From Ignavibacteriota bacterium (GTDB lineage Bacteria > Bacteroidota > Ignavibacteria > Tepidaquicellales > OLB5), in NCBI GenBank assembly GCA_963742955.1, contig CAVUOA010000011.1, forward strand, positions 3 through 64,002: DNA of 64,000 nucleotides, given 5' to 3'. The notes under the pieces are model-generated. The model saw only the letters and a list, made by a program, of their open reading frames with translations, did no database searches and was not told where the DNA came from. Positions within the stretch are counted from its first letter, which is position 1. Every line of letters starts with the position of its first letter. Positions 52,082-62,372 of the stretch are shown piece after piece. The position numbers were made by a program, and so were the translations under genes.

Positions 52082-52982
52082 CTAATTTTTCAAAACTCTT
52101 ATTTTTCTGATGTATTCGGGAGTCGTTCCCAGCACCCGCCGATAATAACTGCTCCGAGATTTTTCCACTTTAAGGCATATTTAAAGTATTCATCCGGCAA
52201 AATATCGACTTTAAACTTAACTTCTTTTTCTTGCTTAGCAAATCCAACATTGGCATAAACACCCAGAGGTTTATCTGTGTAATTTTTCATTGTCTTCAAT
52301 ACACCTTCTGCAATCGAAGGATGAATGCAGTTTACCATCACTGCAGCAGGAGAGAACTTATCAATAATATTCACAGCATCCATAATCGATTCACCCGAAA
52401 ACAGTTCTTTATCATTCCTGCAAATCATACTGATTATATATTCTTTATCCGTTTTATGAAGCTGGTTGAGCACAGCAGAAATTTCTCTCACATTATTCAT
52501 GGTTTCTGCAAGCAATATATCAGCTCCGGCATCAACCAGGTTCACAATATGTTCATAATGTTCTGTGCAAAGTGTATCTGTATCGGGCGCAAGTTCCGGC
52601 TTGTAAGAATCCTCAAGCGGGGCTATGCATCCGGCAACAATGATATCATCATAAGTAATAATCACAGCATCTTTTGCAAGTTCAACAGCCAGTTCAGTTA
52701 ATACTTTTGCTGTTTCAGAATAATTTAATTCCTGGTATTTAAAATCAGCTTTCTCAAACGTTCTTTTTTTCGAGTCCTGAAAGTGTTAGTGGTTATTATA
52801 TCCGCGCCTGCATCTATATTATCAATGTGAATCTGGCGGATTGTATCTGGTTTTTCAAACAATGCTCTTGCGCTCCACAAAGGAAGTGAAATATCAACTC
52901 CCCTGCTTTCCAGCTCAGTCCCCATAGCTGAATCGAGTATAATTACAGCCTGCTTTTTTAATAAATCAGAAATTAGCCCCAT
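52082..52982 (-). CDS. Homocysteine S-methyltransferase family protein, about 2 frameshifts
   Basis: VIILDSAMGTELESRGVDISLPLWSA...AGADIITTNTFRT (52725-52982). ..LAETMNNV...IIGGCW (52099-52665), then shifted GTTPEYIRKI. Confidence 0.8.
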
Positions 52983-52983
52983 A

Positions 52984-53208
52984 TCACTTTTTCATGAAAA
53001 AATTAATAATCCAGAAAATTAATGTCAGTAAAACGCTTAGCACGATGGAAGTTACAATCGGAAAATAAAACGAAAAATTCTCTTTTTTTACTGTAATATC
53101 CCCGGGAAGCCTCCCGAAAAAATTAAGTCTCGGAAAAAATGTTAAAACAACACCTGCAATTAATATAATTGCTCCAAAAACAATAAGATATTTGCCCAGT
53201 GACTGCAT
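52984..53208 (-). CDS. DUF2905-like small membrane protein
   Basis: Intact 74-aa ORF with two TM helices and the loop FGRLPGDI. Confidence 0.7.
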   Translation of the reverse strand: MQSLGKYLIVFGAIILIAGVVLTFFPRLNFFGRLPGDITVKKENFSFYFPIVTSIVLSVLLTLIFWIINFFMKK

Positions 53209-53214
53209 TTACGC

Positions 53215-54078
53215 TCATAATATACTTACTATATCTTTAAATACCATACCAAAATATTTCTCCGCTTTTAGCCTGTTCTTAAGCTGCTCATCTTCCGGTA
53301 TTTCCTTAAGCCTGTCTGCAACCAATTCGCGTGAAATCATGCCGAAAGCGGCACATTTAAGTCCCGTGTGATTTGCGGCAAGGTTTTCAGGCACCAATGA
53401 GTAGCCAAGAACATCAGAACCGATTTCCCTGTAAAAACGGCATTCAGCTTCTGTTTCTGTTTCCGGTCCTGTAATGCCAAGATAAACCGAAGGATAATTC
53501 TTAAATTTCTTTTCAATTAATAATTTTTCGATTTTGGAATAAATTGCTGAATCATAAGCATTGCTCATATCGGGAAAACGGGGACCAAGCGAGTTGTCAT
53601 TTTCTCCGATTAAAGGATTATCACCCATTAAATTAATATGGTCATATATAATTGAAACACCGCCAACGGAAAACCTCGGGTTCAGAAAACCAACTTCATC
53701 TATTAACAGCAGGGTCTTTACCCCCATTTCTTTTAAAACATATACCGGATGAGATACTCCCCGCATTGAAAAGCCTTCATAAAAACTATGCCTGCCGTTA
53801 AGAAAGATTACCTGTTTTTTCGTCCCTTTCATTTCTGCAAAAAGAAACTCACCTTCCTCATTCTTATCATCTTTTAGATACTGTGGTATATCAGCAAAAT
53901 TTAGTATCTTCTTAATAACAAAATCTTTTATAAGCGTATTGTTTTTATAAGAACATATTGCAAGTTGAGGAATCTTTTTAAAAGGTGATTTTGATAAAAT
54001 ATATTTTAAAGATTCATTAATATTTTTTTTCTGTTCAGTCATTTTAAAATATGATTTACATTTAAAAATTCTTTCCAA
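53215..54078 (-). CDS. Divergent purine nucleoside phosphorylase-family paralogue (phosphate-site residues substituted)
   Basis: Intact 287-aa ORF. Collinear with the upstream punA (GRHSFYEG vs GRFHYYEG; GPETETEAE vs GPSLETRSE; GYSLVPE vs GMSTIPE). It lacks the GTGLGG loop and has IDEVG where punA has SNACG. Confidence 0.65.
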   Translation of the reverse strand: MERIFKCKSYFKMTEQKKNINESLKYILSKSPFKKIPQLAICSYKNNTLIKDFVIKKILNFADIPQYLKDDKNEEGEFLFAEMKGTKKQVIFLNGRHSFYEGFSMRGVSHPVYVLKEMGVKTLLLIDEVGFLNPRFSVGGVSIIYDHINLMGDNPLIGENDNSLGPRFPDMSNAYDSAIYSKIEKLLIEKKFKNYPSVYLGITGPETETEAECRFYREIGSDVLGYSLVPENLAANHTGLKCAAFGMISRELVADRLKEIPEDEQLKNRLKAEKYFGMVFKDIVSIL

Positions 54079-54087
54079 AATTATTTT

Positions 54088-54894
54088 TTAAAGCTTTTCT
54101 ATTAATTTTCTCATGAGAAGAGTTAGTTTTGGTTCTGCATCTGCTGCGGTTTCCAGTATTTCGCTAATCAAAGCCGGCTTCAATGTATCAGGAAAGCCAA
54201 CATCAGTTACTATCGAAAATCCCAGAACTTTGAACATGAATGATTTTGAAAGCAGCGCTTCGGGTATGGTTGACATCCCGACGACATCGGCGCCCATTTT
54301 CCTCACCATCCTGTACTCCGACCTTGTTTCAAGGCTTGGTCCGCTTAATGAACAATACACCCCTTTTTGTACCGGGATTTCATTTTCCAGTGCAACGGCT
54401 TCGGCAGTTTTTACAAGGTGAGTGTCATAAATACGCGGATTCTTGGTTCTTAATTTTCCTGCTTTCAATGGTGTATCAAATAAGTAATTAATATGGTCAC
54501 GCATTATCATCAAGTCACCTCTTTTATAAAGAGGATTCACTGCGCCGCATGCGTTAGAAACCAAGAGTGTATGTACACCCAACTGCTGCATTATGCGGAT
54601 AGGATAAGTAACTTCATCGAGTGAATATCCTTCGTAATAATGGAACCGCCCCTGCATGATAACTGCATTGTGATTTGAAATATTACCAAATATCAGGTTC
54701 CCGTCGTGAGATTCAACTGTTGAAACCGGGAAATACGGAATGTTCTTGTAGTCAAGCTTATAACTAATATTTACGTCCCTTACCAGGCCGCCAAGTCCCG
54801 TTCCTAAAATTATGCCTATTCCGGGGTTAATATCCCCGGTGTGCTTCCTGATAAAAGACAATGATTCATTAATCCGCTCGGTATGGGAATGCAT
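54088..54894 (-). CDS. punA: Purine nucleoside phosphorylase (trimeric PNP-I / inosine-guanosine type)
   Basis: Intact 268-aa ORF. ILGTGLGGL, GRFHYYEGY, VSNACGAVNP, GPSLETRSE, GADVVGMSTIPE. Confidence 0.9.
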   Translation of the reverse strand: MHSHTERINESLSFIRKHTGDINPGIGIILGTGLGGLVRDVNISYKLDYKNIPYFPVSTVESHDGNLIFGNISNHNAVIMQGRFHYYEGYSLDEVTYPIRIMQQLGVHTLLVSNACGAVNPLYKRGDLMIMRDHINYLFDTPLKAGKLRTKNPRIYDTHLVKTAEAVALENEIPVQKGVYCSLSGPSLETRSEYRMVRKMGADVVGMSTIPEALLSKSFMFKVLGFSIVTDVGFPDTLKPALISEILETAADAEPKLTLLMRKLIEKL

Positions 54895-54981
54895 GTAGTT
54901 GTAAATAATCTAAATTATATTCAATACGAGATATAAGAACTACATCCTGCCGGTCCTATTCATGTACCGGCGCCGGTTGAC

Positions 54982-55569
54982 CTATTTAGATTCGTCTATA
55001 TTGAGGTCGATTCCAAAATTATGGGATGAAGGTTCTTCTTTTTCAGAAGGATTGTCATCGAAGTCGGCAATTTTATGTTCTTCCATACGGTAAATTTTTC
55101 TGTTCTTGGAATACTCTTCGATGGAATTTAATTTTTCAATTAAGTAGTTCTTAATATCTTCTATTATAGCTTCGTTTTTAATCCTCAGTTCTTCAAGCTC
55201 CTGCCTGAGATTAAGCATTTCTTCTTTCGCCTGCAGCCTTGTTTTGCTTGAAAGTATTTCAGCTTCTTTTGTAATAAGTTCTGCCCGTTTTGTAGCGTTC
55301 TCGATTACATCCTCGGCAAGGTCCTGAGACTTTACAATAGCTTTCTGGAAAGTCTTTTCGTTATCTCTGAATATATCGATTTCATGTGTCAGGTCATTTT
55401 TATCTTTTTCAAGAGATGCAATTCTATCTTTAAGAGACTCGTTCTCTTTAACAAGATTCTCAAGTTCGTTGGCAACGGTATCAAGATATGCCTCTACTTC
55501 TCCTACATCATAACCCTTAAACGCTTTTCTGAACTCCTGCTTCTTTATATCGATTGCAGTTAGTCTCAT
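54982..55569 (-). CDS. divIVA: DivIVA-domain cell-division protein
   Basis: Intact 195-aa ORF. MRLTAIDIKKQEFRKAFKGYDVGEVEAYLD, followed by coiled coil. Confidence 0.9.
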   Translation of the reverse strand: MRLTAIDIKKQEFRKAFKGYDVGEVEAYLDTVANELENLVKENESLKDRIASLEKDKNDLTHEIDIFRDNEKTFQKAIVKSQDLAEDVIENATKRAELITKEAEILSSKTRLQAKEEMLNLRQELEELRIKNEAIIEDIKNYLIEKLNSIEEYSKNRKIYRMEEHKIADFDDNPSEKEEPSSHNFGIDLNIDESK

Positions 55570-55629
55570 TTGTAATTATTTCCTCCCAACCCTCCCTACA
55601 GGGGCGGGTTAATTATTTTATAAAACTTG

Positions 55630-56352
55630 TTAATGAACAGTTCTTTCGCCAAATATTGCCGAGCCTAATCTCAGCATATTGGAGCCTTCCTCTATTGCTA
55701 TATCAAAATCCTGCGTCATCCCCATGGAAAGATACTTCATATCAACATTAGGAATGTTCATCGAATTTATTTCTTCAAACAGATTCTTCAATATTCTGAA
55801 GTTATCTCTCACAATATTTCTTCCGGCTTCCCCATCATCGTCTGTAATCATCTTTGCAATTGTCATCAATCCCTTAACTTTCACATTCTCCAATAACGAA
55901 ATTTCTTTCACAATTTTCAAAGTTTCCTGTACAGAGCATCCTGATTTTTGTTCTTCGCCTGAAGCATTCACCTGAACGAGGCATTTTACTGTTTTGCCAA
56001 TTTTTGCTGCTTCGCTTTGGATTCTCAGAGCCAGCTTAAAGCTATCAACACTGTGAATTAAATAAACAAACGGAACAACAAATTTAACTTTATTTGTCTG
56101 CAGGTGTCCTATCAGGTGCCAGTTTAAAATCCTGCCTTCTAAAGCTTCGTGCTTTTGAACCAATTCCTGTACTTTATTTTCACCAAAATCCAGCTGATTA
56201 AAATCAATAGCTGAAGAAACCGCCTCAACCGGAAACGTCTTGCTTACTGCAATAAGATGAATTTCTCCTGTATTTCGGCCCGATGACCTGCATACACCTT
56301 CTATCTTCTTTTTTAGTTTTATCAGGTTATCTTCTATATAATCATATTGCAT
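55630..56352 (-). CDS. yggS: YggS-family pyridoxal-phosphate homeostasis protein
   Basis: Intact 240-aa ORF. LIAVSKTFP (PLP lysine), WHLIGHLQTNKVK, LSMGMTQDF. Confidence 0.9.
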   Translation of the reverse strand: MQYDYIEDNLIKLKKKIEGVCRSSGRNTGEIHLIAVSKTFPVEAVSSAIDFNQLDFGENKVQELVQKHEALEGRILNWHLIGHLQTNKVKFVVPFVYLIHSVDSFKLALRIQSEAAKIGKTVKCLVQVNASGEEQKSGCSVQETLKIVKEISLLENVKVKGLMTIAKMITDDDGEAGRNIVRDNFRILKNLFEEINSMNIPNVDMKYLSMGMTQDFDIAIEEGSNMLRLGSAIFGERTVH

Positions 56353-56487
56353 CTTGACTTATAATAATTGTCGTATTTTGAGTAAAATAAACTATATGCA
56401 AAGAACATTCAAGATATTATAATATAACTAATTTGATTGTAAAGATAATCAAAAATTGTTATTATATTCGATAATCTTTTTAAATAC

Positions 56488-58239
56488 TTGAGAAAAAAGG
56501 CATTATTTATATTTATACTTTTGTTTGCGTTCAAAGTCTCTGAAGCACAGAATACAGGACTTCCAAACTATATGACCGAAGAGGAAAAGAAAATCGGAAA
56601 CGATTATATTTCTTTTCCGCAGGTGAGCTTTATCCCTCCTTCAACACCTGTTAGAACAATGGCAGAATGGGAAGAGCTTGACGGTATTATATTAACATGG
56701 ACTTCATACCAGACGCTGCTAAGGCAAATTGTAGATGCCGCCCAGGAAGAGGGCATGGTTTGGATAATTTGCTCCGATTCCAACTCGGTTAAATCTTATT
56801 TGCAAAGCGGCGGAGTACCCTTATATAACATATCATATATTATTGCCTCGTTTAACTCAGTATGGTCAAGAGATTATGGCCCATGGTGTACATATACATT
56901 GTCAGGAGATACGCTTGGATTTGTTGATTTCAAATACAACAGGCCCCGCCCGCAGGATGATATAATTCCGGGTGTACTTGCTTCAAAATGGAATATACCT
57001 CTGTATCAAACAATATCAGGTCCGGACAGCCTTGCTCACACCGGCGGGAATTTTATGGTTGACGGGTTTGGAACTTCTTTCAGGTCAAAGCTAACTGAAT
57101 TAGAAAATCAATGGCATACAACTGCTCATATCGATTCTATACTTTACCGTTACTGCGGAATACAAATCGGCAGGTCAATAAGCATGACAGTTTTACCATA
57201 TGACGGCATTCATCATATTGATATGCACATGAAGCTTCTTAACGAGGAAACACTGCTGGTAGGCGAATATCCATCCGGCGTGGCTGACGGTCCTCAGATA
57301 GAAGCAAACATTCAATATATTCAGAATAATTATGCGGACTGTTACGGCAGACCGTATAAGATTGTTCGCATCCCAATGCCGCCTGATGCGGACGGAAATT
57401 ATCCCCCTGCTTCCGATTATCTTACATATACAAATTCGCTTATTGTAAACAAAACAGTACTTGTGCCTATTTACGGGCGCCCTCAGGATACTACGGCACT
57501 GGGAATTTACAGAGAAAATATGCCGGGTTATAATGTAATGGGATTTAACTGCCTGGATATAATTCCGGCAAGCGGGGCTATACATTGTATTACTAAAGAA
57601 ATCGGCACAAGAAACCCTGTTTTAATTTATCATGCGAAGCTGCAGAATACATCTGATACAGTAAACAACTACCCTGTTCTTGCAAACATTAAAAATAAAT
57701 ACGGTATAGATTCTGCTTATGTTTTCTGGACAACTGATACGTCTCAGAGTTACAGCAGATTAATTATGACGAATACGGGCGGACAAAACTGGTCATCGGC
57801 AATCCCGCATCAATCATCAGGAAAAACCGTATATTATTATATATACACAAAAACTTCTAACGGAAAATATTTCAGTAAACCGATTACTGCGCCATTAGGG
57901 AACCTTCAATTTAACGTAATGAACACAACAGGGATAACCGGTAATACACAGTCTGTTCCGAAAAATTTTACACTGTACCAGAATTTTCCGAACCCGTTCA
58001 ATCCGTCAACAAAAATAAAGTTTGATTTGCCTGCCTCCGGGGGAATTGAAAAACGAAATGTCAGGTTAACAGTATATAACGTTTTGGGCGAAGAAATCAC
58101 TGTTCTTGTAAATTCAGATTTGAAACCGGGTACATATGAATATGAATTTAATACATCAAACCTGCCCAGCGGAATATACTTCTACACTATCGTATCAGGC
58201 AGATTTACTGATTCCAAAAAAATGATATTATTGAAATAA
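56488..58239 (+). CDS. Secreted agmatine deiminase / Porphyromonas-type peptidylarginine deiminase family enzyme with a T9SS C-terminal sorting domain
   Basis: Intact 583-aa ORF with a TTG start. Signal peptide. WSRDYGPW, HTGGNFMVDG, GIHHIDMHMKL, catalytic-Cys motif GAIHCITKE. CTD YQNFPNPFNPSTKIKF...GIYFYTIV...KKMILLK. Confidence 0.8.
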   Translation: MRKKALFIFILLFAFKVSEAQNTGLPNYMTEEEKKIGNDYISFPQVSFIPPSTPVRTMAEWEELDGIILTWTSYQTLLRQIVDAAQEEGMVWIICSDSNSVKSYLQSGGVPLYNISYIIASFNSVWSRDYGPWCTYTLSGDTLGFVDFKYNRPRPQDDIIPGVLASKWNIPLYQTISGPDSLAHTGGNFMVDGFGTSFRSKLTELENQWHTTAHIDSILYRYCGIQIGRSISMTVLPYDGIHHIDMHMKLLNEETLLVGEYPSGVADGPQIEANIQYIQNNYADCYGRPYKIVRIPMPPDADGNYPPASDYLTYTNSLIVNKTVLVPIYGRPQDTTALGIYRENMPGYNVMGFNCLDIIPASGAIHCITKEIGTRNPVLIYHAKLQNTSDTVNNYPVLANIKNKYGIDSAYVFWTTDTSQSYSRLIMTNTGGQNWSSAIPHQSSGKTVYYYIYTKTSNGKYFSKPITAPLGNLQFNVMNTTGITGNTQSVPKNFTLYQNFPNPFNPSTKIKFDLPASGGIEKRNVRLTVYNVLGEEITVLVNSDLKPGTYEYEFNTSNLPSGIYFYTIVSGRFTDSKKMILLK

Positions 58240-58317
58240 CGGTTAAGCTGTACTTTGTCCTGATACCGTGTTTGATTCAGAATAAATCAATAAAATATAA
58301 ATTAAATATTCTAACTA

Positions 58318-60777
58318 ATGAAATCTTTTACAGCGTTATTTACGTTGTTATTCGTTTTGTTATATACAGGTCTAACATTCTCACAAACAAATGATAACAA
58401 CCTTATATCAGTGGTAACACCTCCCGCTGGATACTCGTTCAACCAGCAGGGCTCTCCTTTTTCATCCATTGTTACAGTCGACGGTTTCGATAACATCTAT
58501 CTCGGTGTCGATTTCGGAGAACCGTACATTGCTACAAATCCCCGGAATCCTCTTAACAGCATTTGTGCATTCAATATTAATGATTTTTATTACACACTTG
58601 ACGGTTTAAACTGGACCAGGATTTATCCTACTTTCCCCGGTTACAGTATACTTGGGGACCCTGTAATGTGTTATGACAGCATTGGAACAGGGTATTATGT
58701 TCAATTATATCAAAATGTAAATACATACGGTGTTGTAGTAAGCAAATCTACCAATAACGGCGTATCATAGTTCGGAGCATATAACGTTGCTTCTACAACA
58801 GTCGGACTTCGGACAAAGAATGGATTGTGGCTGACCAAACCGGCGGACCTAATGCAAACAATGTTTATGTAGGATGGAGACAGTTCGGCAGTTCCGGTAT
58901 GCGGTTCTGCAGAAGCACAAACGGCGGTGTAAACTGGTCATCACCACTTACTATTTCCGGCTCTCAGGGCGCATATGTTTCCGTTGGTCCTAACGGTTCT
59001 GTTCAGGGAGGCAGTGTTTATTTTGCATGTTTAAACGGCGGTTCAATATTGTAAACCGCTCGACTGACGGCGGAGCTACATTTTCTGCACAGGTAACAGC
59101 TGTATCGCCATCAGCCCGGGAGTAACCTGCGCAGGAGAAATACTGTCAAGAATTGTATCAGGACAGACGATTTCCCGAGAATGGCTGTTGATAACGGTTA
59201 TACAGCATCACGGGGTAATGTTTATATAGTTTATGCCGGTAATCCTGCCGGTCCTGACCTGTGTGATATTTACCTGGTTAGGTCAACCGATTATGGCCTT
59301 ACATGGTCTTCACCTATCAGAGTTAACGATGATGCTACTACTACAGACCAATGGATGCCTTCGGTTTCTGTGGATAGAAACGGAAGAGTATACGTTTCCT
59401 GGTATGATTCACGCATCGACCCGGCAAATAATTTAATGACTTTGCTTTACGGCGCTGTTTCAACAAACGGTGGAACCAGTTTCACAGCCAACTACCCGAT
59501 TTCAAATGTACCGTTTAATCCTAATAATATGGCGGTAGGTCAGCCCGGAGGTGAAAAATATATCGGCGATTACATCGGCATATCGGCAATTGGCAATACC
59601 TCTTATGCTGTTTGGATGGACGGAAGAAACAACAGCCTTGGAAGTTATGTAGGATACTTTCCTGATTTTGCTTTAACAGCAAGCCCGCAATCAAACTATC
59701 TCAATAACAATGACAGCGCATTTATCACCATAAAAGTACCTGCAGTAAAAGGACCTTATATAGGAGCTACAAAATTCACTGCGGCGCTGGATACTTTGCC
59801 TTCACAGGGTACAATAAATATTTCATTTGTAAACAGGGATTCCCTGACATCATATCCTGATTCTCTAGTGATTAAGGTTAAAACAAGCGGTAATGTAACA
59901 CCCCAGGCTGTACAGGCTGATTGTAAAAGGTTCCGGAACAAACGGAGTGCCTGTTCACACAAGATCAGTTGATTTACTGGTTAACAGTTCATATGTTGAT
60001 GTGGGAACAAACCGCAACGGGATTGCAGATTTCCAGGTAAACGGAAATACTTATAATACACAGCAGGAATTTGTATTTCCAAATATGAGTAATGTAACTG
60101 TTCATGCAATAAGCCCTAAAATTGTAGGCGCCAGCCAGTATGTTTTTCTTCACTGGTCAGATAACGGCGATACAACACACATCATCAATATAATCAACAA
60201 CGTTGCTGTTCTGGCATCGTATAAAGTTCAATACAAGCTGCTGTTGAATTCATCAGTTGGAAACACTTTCGGCGGAAATGTTTACTATGACTCGGCTCAA
60301 ACGTTTACATTCGGTGTGCTTTCAAAATCATTTTTCTATAACGGACAGTATTACCAGTTCAGGGGATGGACAGGCACCGGAAACGGCTCATATACGAGCC
60401 CTGACAGCACAGGGAACGATTCGGCTGTAACACTTTCCATGAACAGCCCGATACTTGAACTGGCAAGATGGACTAACCTGATTGGAATTCAGGGCATCAG
60501 CGCAGAAATCCCAAAAGAATATAAGCTGTACCAGAATTTCCCTAATCCGTTTAATCCGTCAACTACAATTAATTTTGATATAATAAAAGCGGGCAACGTT
60601 AAAATAGTTTTGTATGATGTTCTGGGAAGAGAAGTTAAAACAATAGTAAATGAAAATACAGAGCCGGGCAGGTTTAAGGTTGTATTTAATGCCGATAACT
60701 TTGCAAGCGGATTGTATTTTTACAGGATAACTTCAAATGATTTTACTGATGTGAAGAAACTGCTGATTGTGAAATAG
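58318..60777 (+). pseudogene. Secreted BNR/Asp-box (sialidase-fold-like) protein with a T9SS C-terminal sorting domain, at least 3 frame breaks
   Basis: Signal peptide MKSFTALFTLLFVLLYTGLTFS. Asp-box-like STNGGVNWSSP, STDYGLTWSSP and STNGGTSF. CTD YQNFPNPFNPSTTINF...GLYFYRIT...KKLLIVK. ORFs 58318-58770, 58827-59054, 59181-59972 and 59947-60777. Confidence 0.75.
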
Positions 60778-60797
60778 TGATAATTTGGTTTAACAAA

Positions 60798-60826
60798 GAG
60801 GGGCTTTATCAAGCCCCTTTTCTGTT
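60798..60826. terminator. Hairpin between convergent genes (probable bidirectional terminator)
   Basis: GAGGGGCTT-TATC-AAGCCCCT, followed by TTTCTGTTT. A-rich on the other side. Confidence 0.55.
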
Positions 60827-60842
60827 TATAAATTTTTACTAT

Positions 60843-61942
60843 CTAAAACCCTACTCCTGCAGAAAGATTCACTTCTACTCTTGAGTTCTTATTATCATAA
60901 AATATCTTCTGGTCTTTATCTGTATTCATCAGCTTAGTCTCAAGCCGTACATATGAATTTTCAACAGGATTGTATTCCAGTGCAAAGGTAACACCATTTG
61001 CTTTGAGTCCGGAAGAACCTTCATTTCCAACGGGAATTATGCCTGTAAGTATTCCGCTTTCATCATTTATGTAATCACCACGAAGCGCCATAGAAAAATT
61101 CTTCAGGGCTTTATATTTAACTGACATAAAACCCGAAAGCATGTTTGCAGATGCCGTTGCATCACCGATTTTTGATTTCTCCTGAATACAAAAATCACCC
61201 GATACAATTACATCAATTTTCTTTGCGGGAAACATTTTAATCACAAGATTATTATAGAAGCGTGTTTTCCCCTCTAAGCCTGAAGGCATTTCGTTTCCAA
61301 TCAGGTTATTGTAGGTGATATCAAATACTTTACCCGGCTTGTACCATAACTGAATGCCAACCGATTTATTTTTATTGTTATCGGCGAATACATTAAACCC
61401 GTTTAATACATGAAGCTGAGCAGAGAACTTATCGGAAAATGCATAAGATAACCTCACCCCGCTCTGGAAGAACGGTTCATAGTAAGTGCTGAGCGCTAGT
61501 GATGTAAACCAATTATTAACCGGAAGCAAACCTTCTCCCCGATATGAGTAAGAAAATACCCGCCGTCTATCCAGAAATTCTTGCAAACGCGGAACCCGAC
61601 GTTAGCTTCCTGTATATACTGCTGGTTAGATGGCCAGTTAACAAATGGTATATCACCGAAATGGATTGTTGCAATCCCCCTGCACACGGTAAGCTCATAC
61701 TTGGCAGATATCTGCGCAATGTTTAGTCTGAATTCTTCACGGTATGGTGAGATAGCTGAAAATTGACAATGAAGAAATTGCTTATCATTATCCCAGCTTA
61801 TATAAGTATCAACATAGCCGTTTATGCTCAGCCCATCGGGTAATCCTGAAATTAAACCAGAACCGCCTTTGTTTTGTGAGTTCGCATTAATCGAAAAAAT
61901 GAGAATTAAAATTAATAAAGAAATATATTTATTCATTGTCAA
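60843..61942 (-). CDS. Outer-membrane beta-barrel porin, divergent from amt; one frameshift near 61540
   Basis: Signal peptide MNKYISLLILILIFSINANS. Alternating beta-strand pattern and a C-terminal ..LSAGVGF. ORFs 61496-61942 and 60843-61586. Confidence 0.6.
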
Positions 61943-62301
61943 ATTTTAACAATAGTTTATGAAAGATTTACAAAATTACATAATTCTATGTTTAGCCTCA
62001 ATTAAGTTTAAAGGAGTCCGATATACTCCTTAACAGTTTCTTAACAAAGTGCGTTTGTTTAATGAACAGAAAATAGTTAAATTTGTAGACAGGATTTCAC
62101 GCAAAACATTTTCATTCAATACACGGTTTTGCTGACAATTTACTAAGCGACGTATTTCTGGTATTTTAAAGTTAATGAATATTGGATACTGACTGCAATC
62201 AATCAAACCTTCAGAGCCCGTTCAAACAAGTAGCATTCATTTTTTAACAAATTTATTATATAGTTTTTTAAAAAATCATGTGAATGCCGCACGTGAAGTT
62301 A

Positions 62302-62322
62302 AATGCGTTGCAAACACGCATT
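62302..62322. promoter_or_regulatory. Inverted repeat AATGCGT-N7-ACGCATT upstream of amt (candidate operator)
   Basis: Read directly. It lies 51 nt upstream of the amt ATG, in the porin/amt divergent intergenic region. Confidence 0.3.
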
Positions 62323-62372
62323 ATGTTAACGGCACAAAAGTTAATAATTCAATATATCAAGGAGGTTTATAA

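Noticed and set aside
54966-54977. Perfect 12-nt palindrome ACCGGCGCCGGT just after the divIVA stop, as a possible terminator.
   Set aside because: No T-tract follows on the transcribed strand and the stem is only 6 bp with no loop. It may be a restriction-type or protein-binding palindrome, but nothing further supports that.
55585-55612. GC-rich patch CCCTCCCTACAGGGGCGGG between yggS and divIVA, as another copy of the hairpin repeat family.
   Set aside because: On the coding (minus) strand it supplies the divIVA Shine-Dalgarno sequence (GGGAGGAAATAATTACAAATG). It forms only a 5-bp stem and does not match the GTCCCC..GGGGA core.
62326-62345. Sigma-54 promoter upstream of amt (CGGCACAAAAGTTAA).
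   Set aside because: Only the GGCAC half resembles the -24 element. The -12 position has TTAA instead of TTGC, so the spacing and consensus match is too weak to report.
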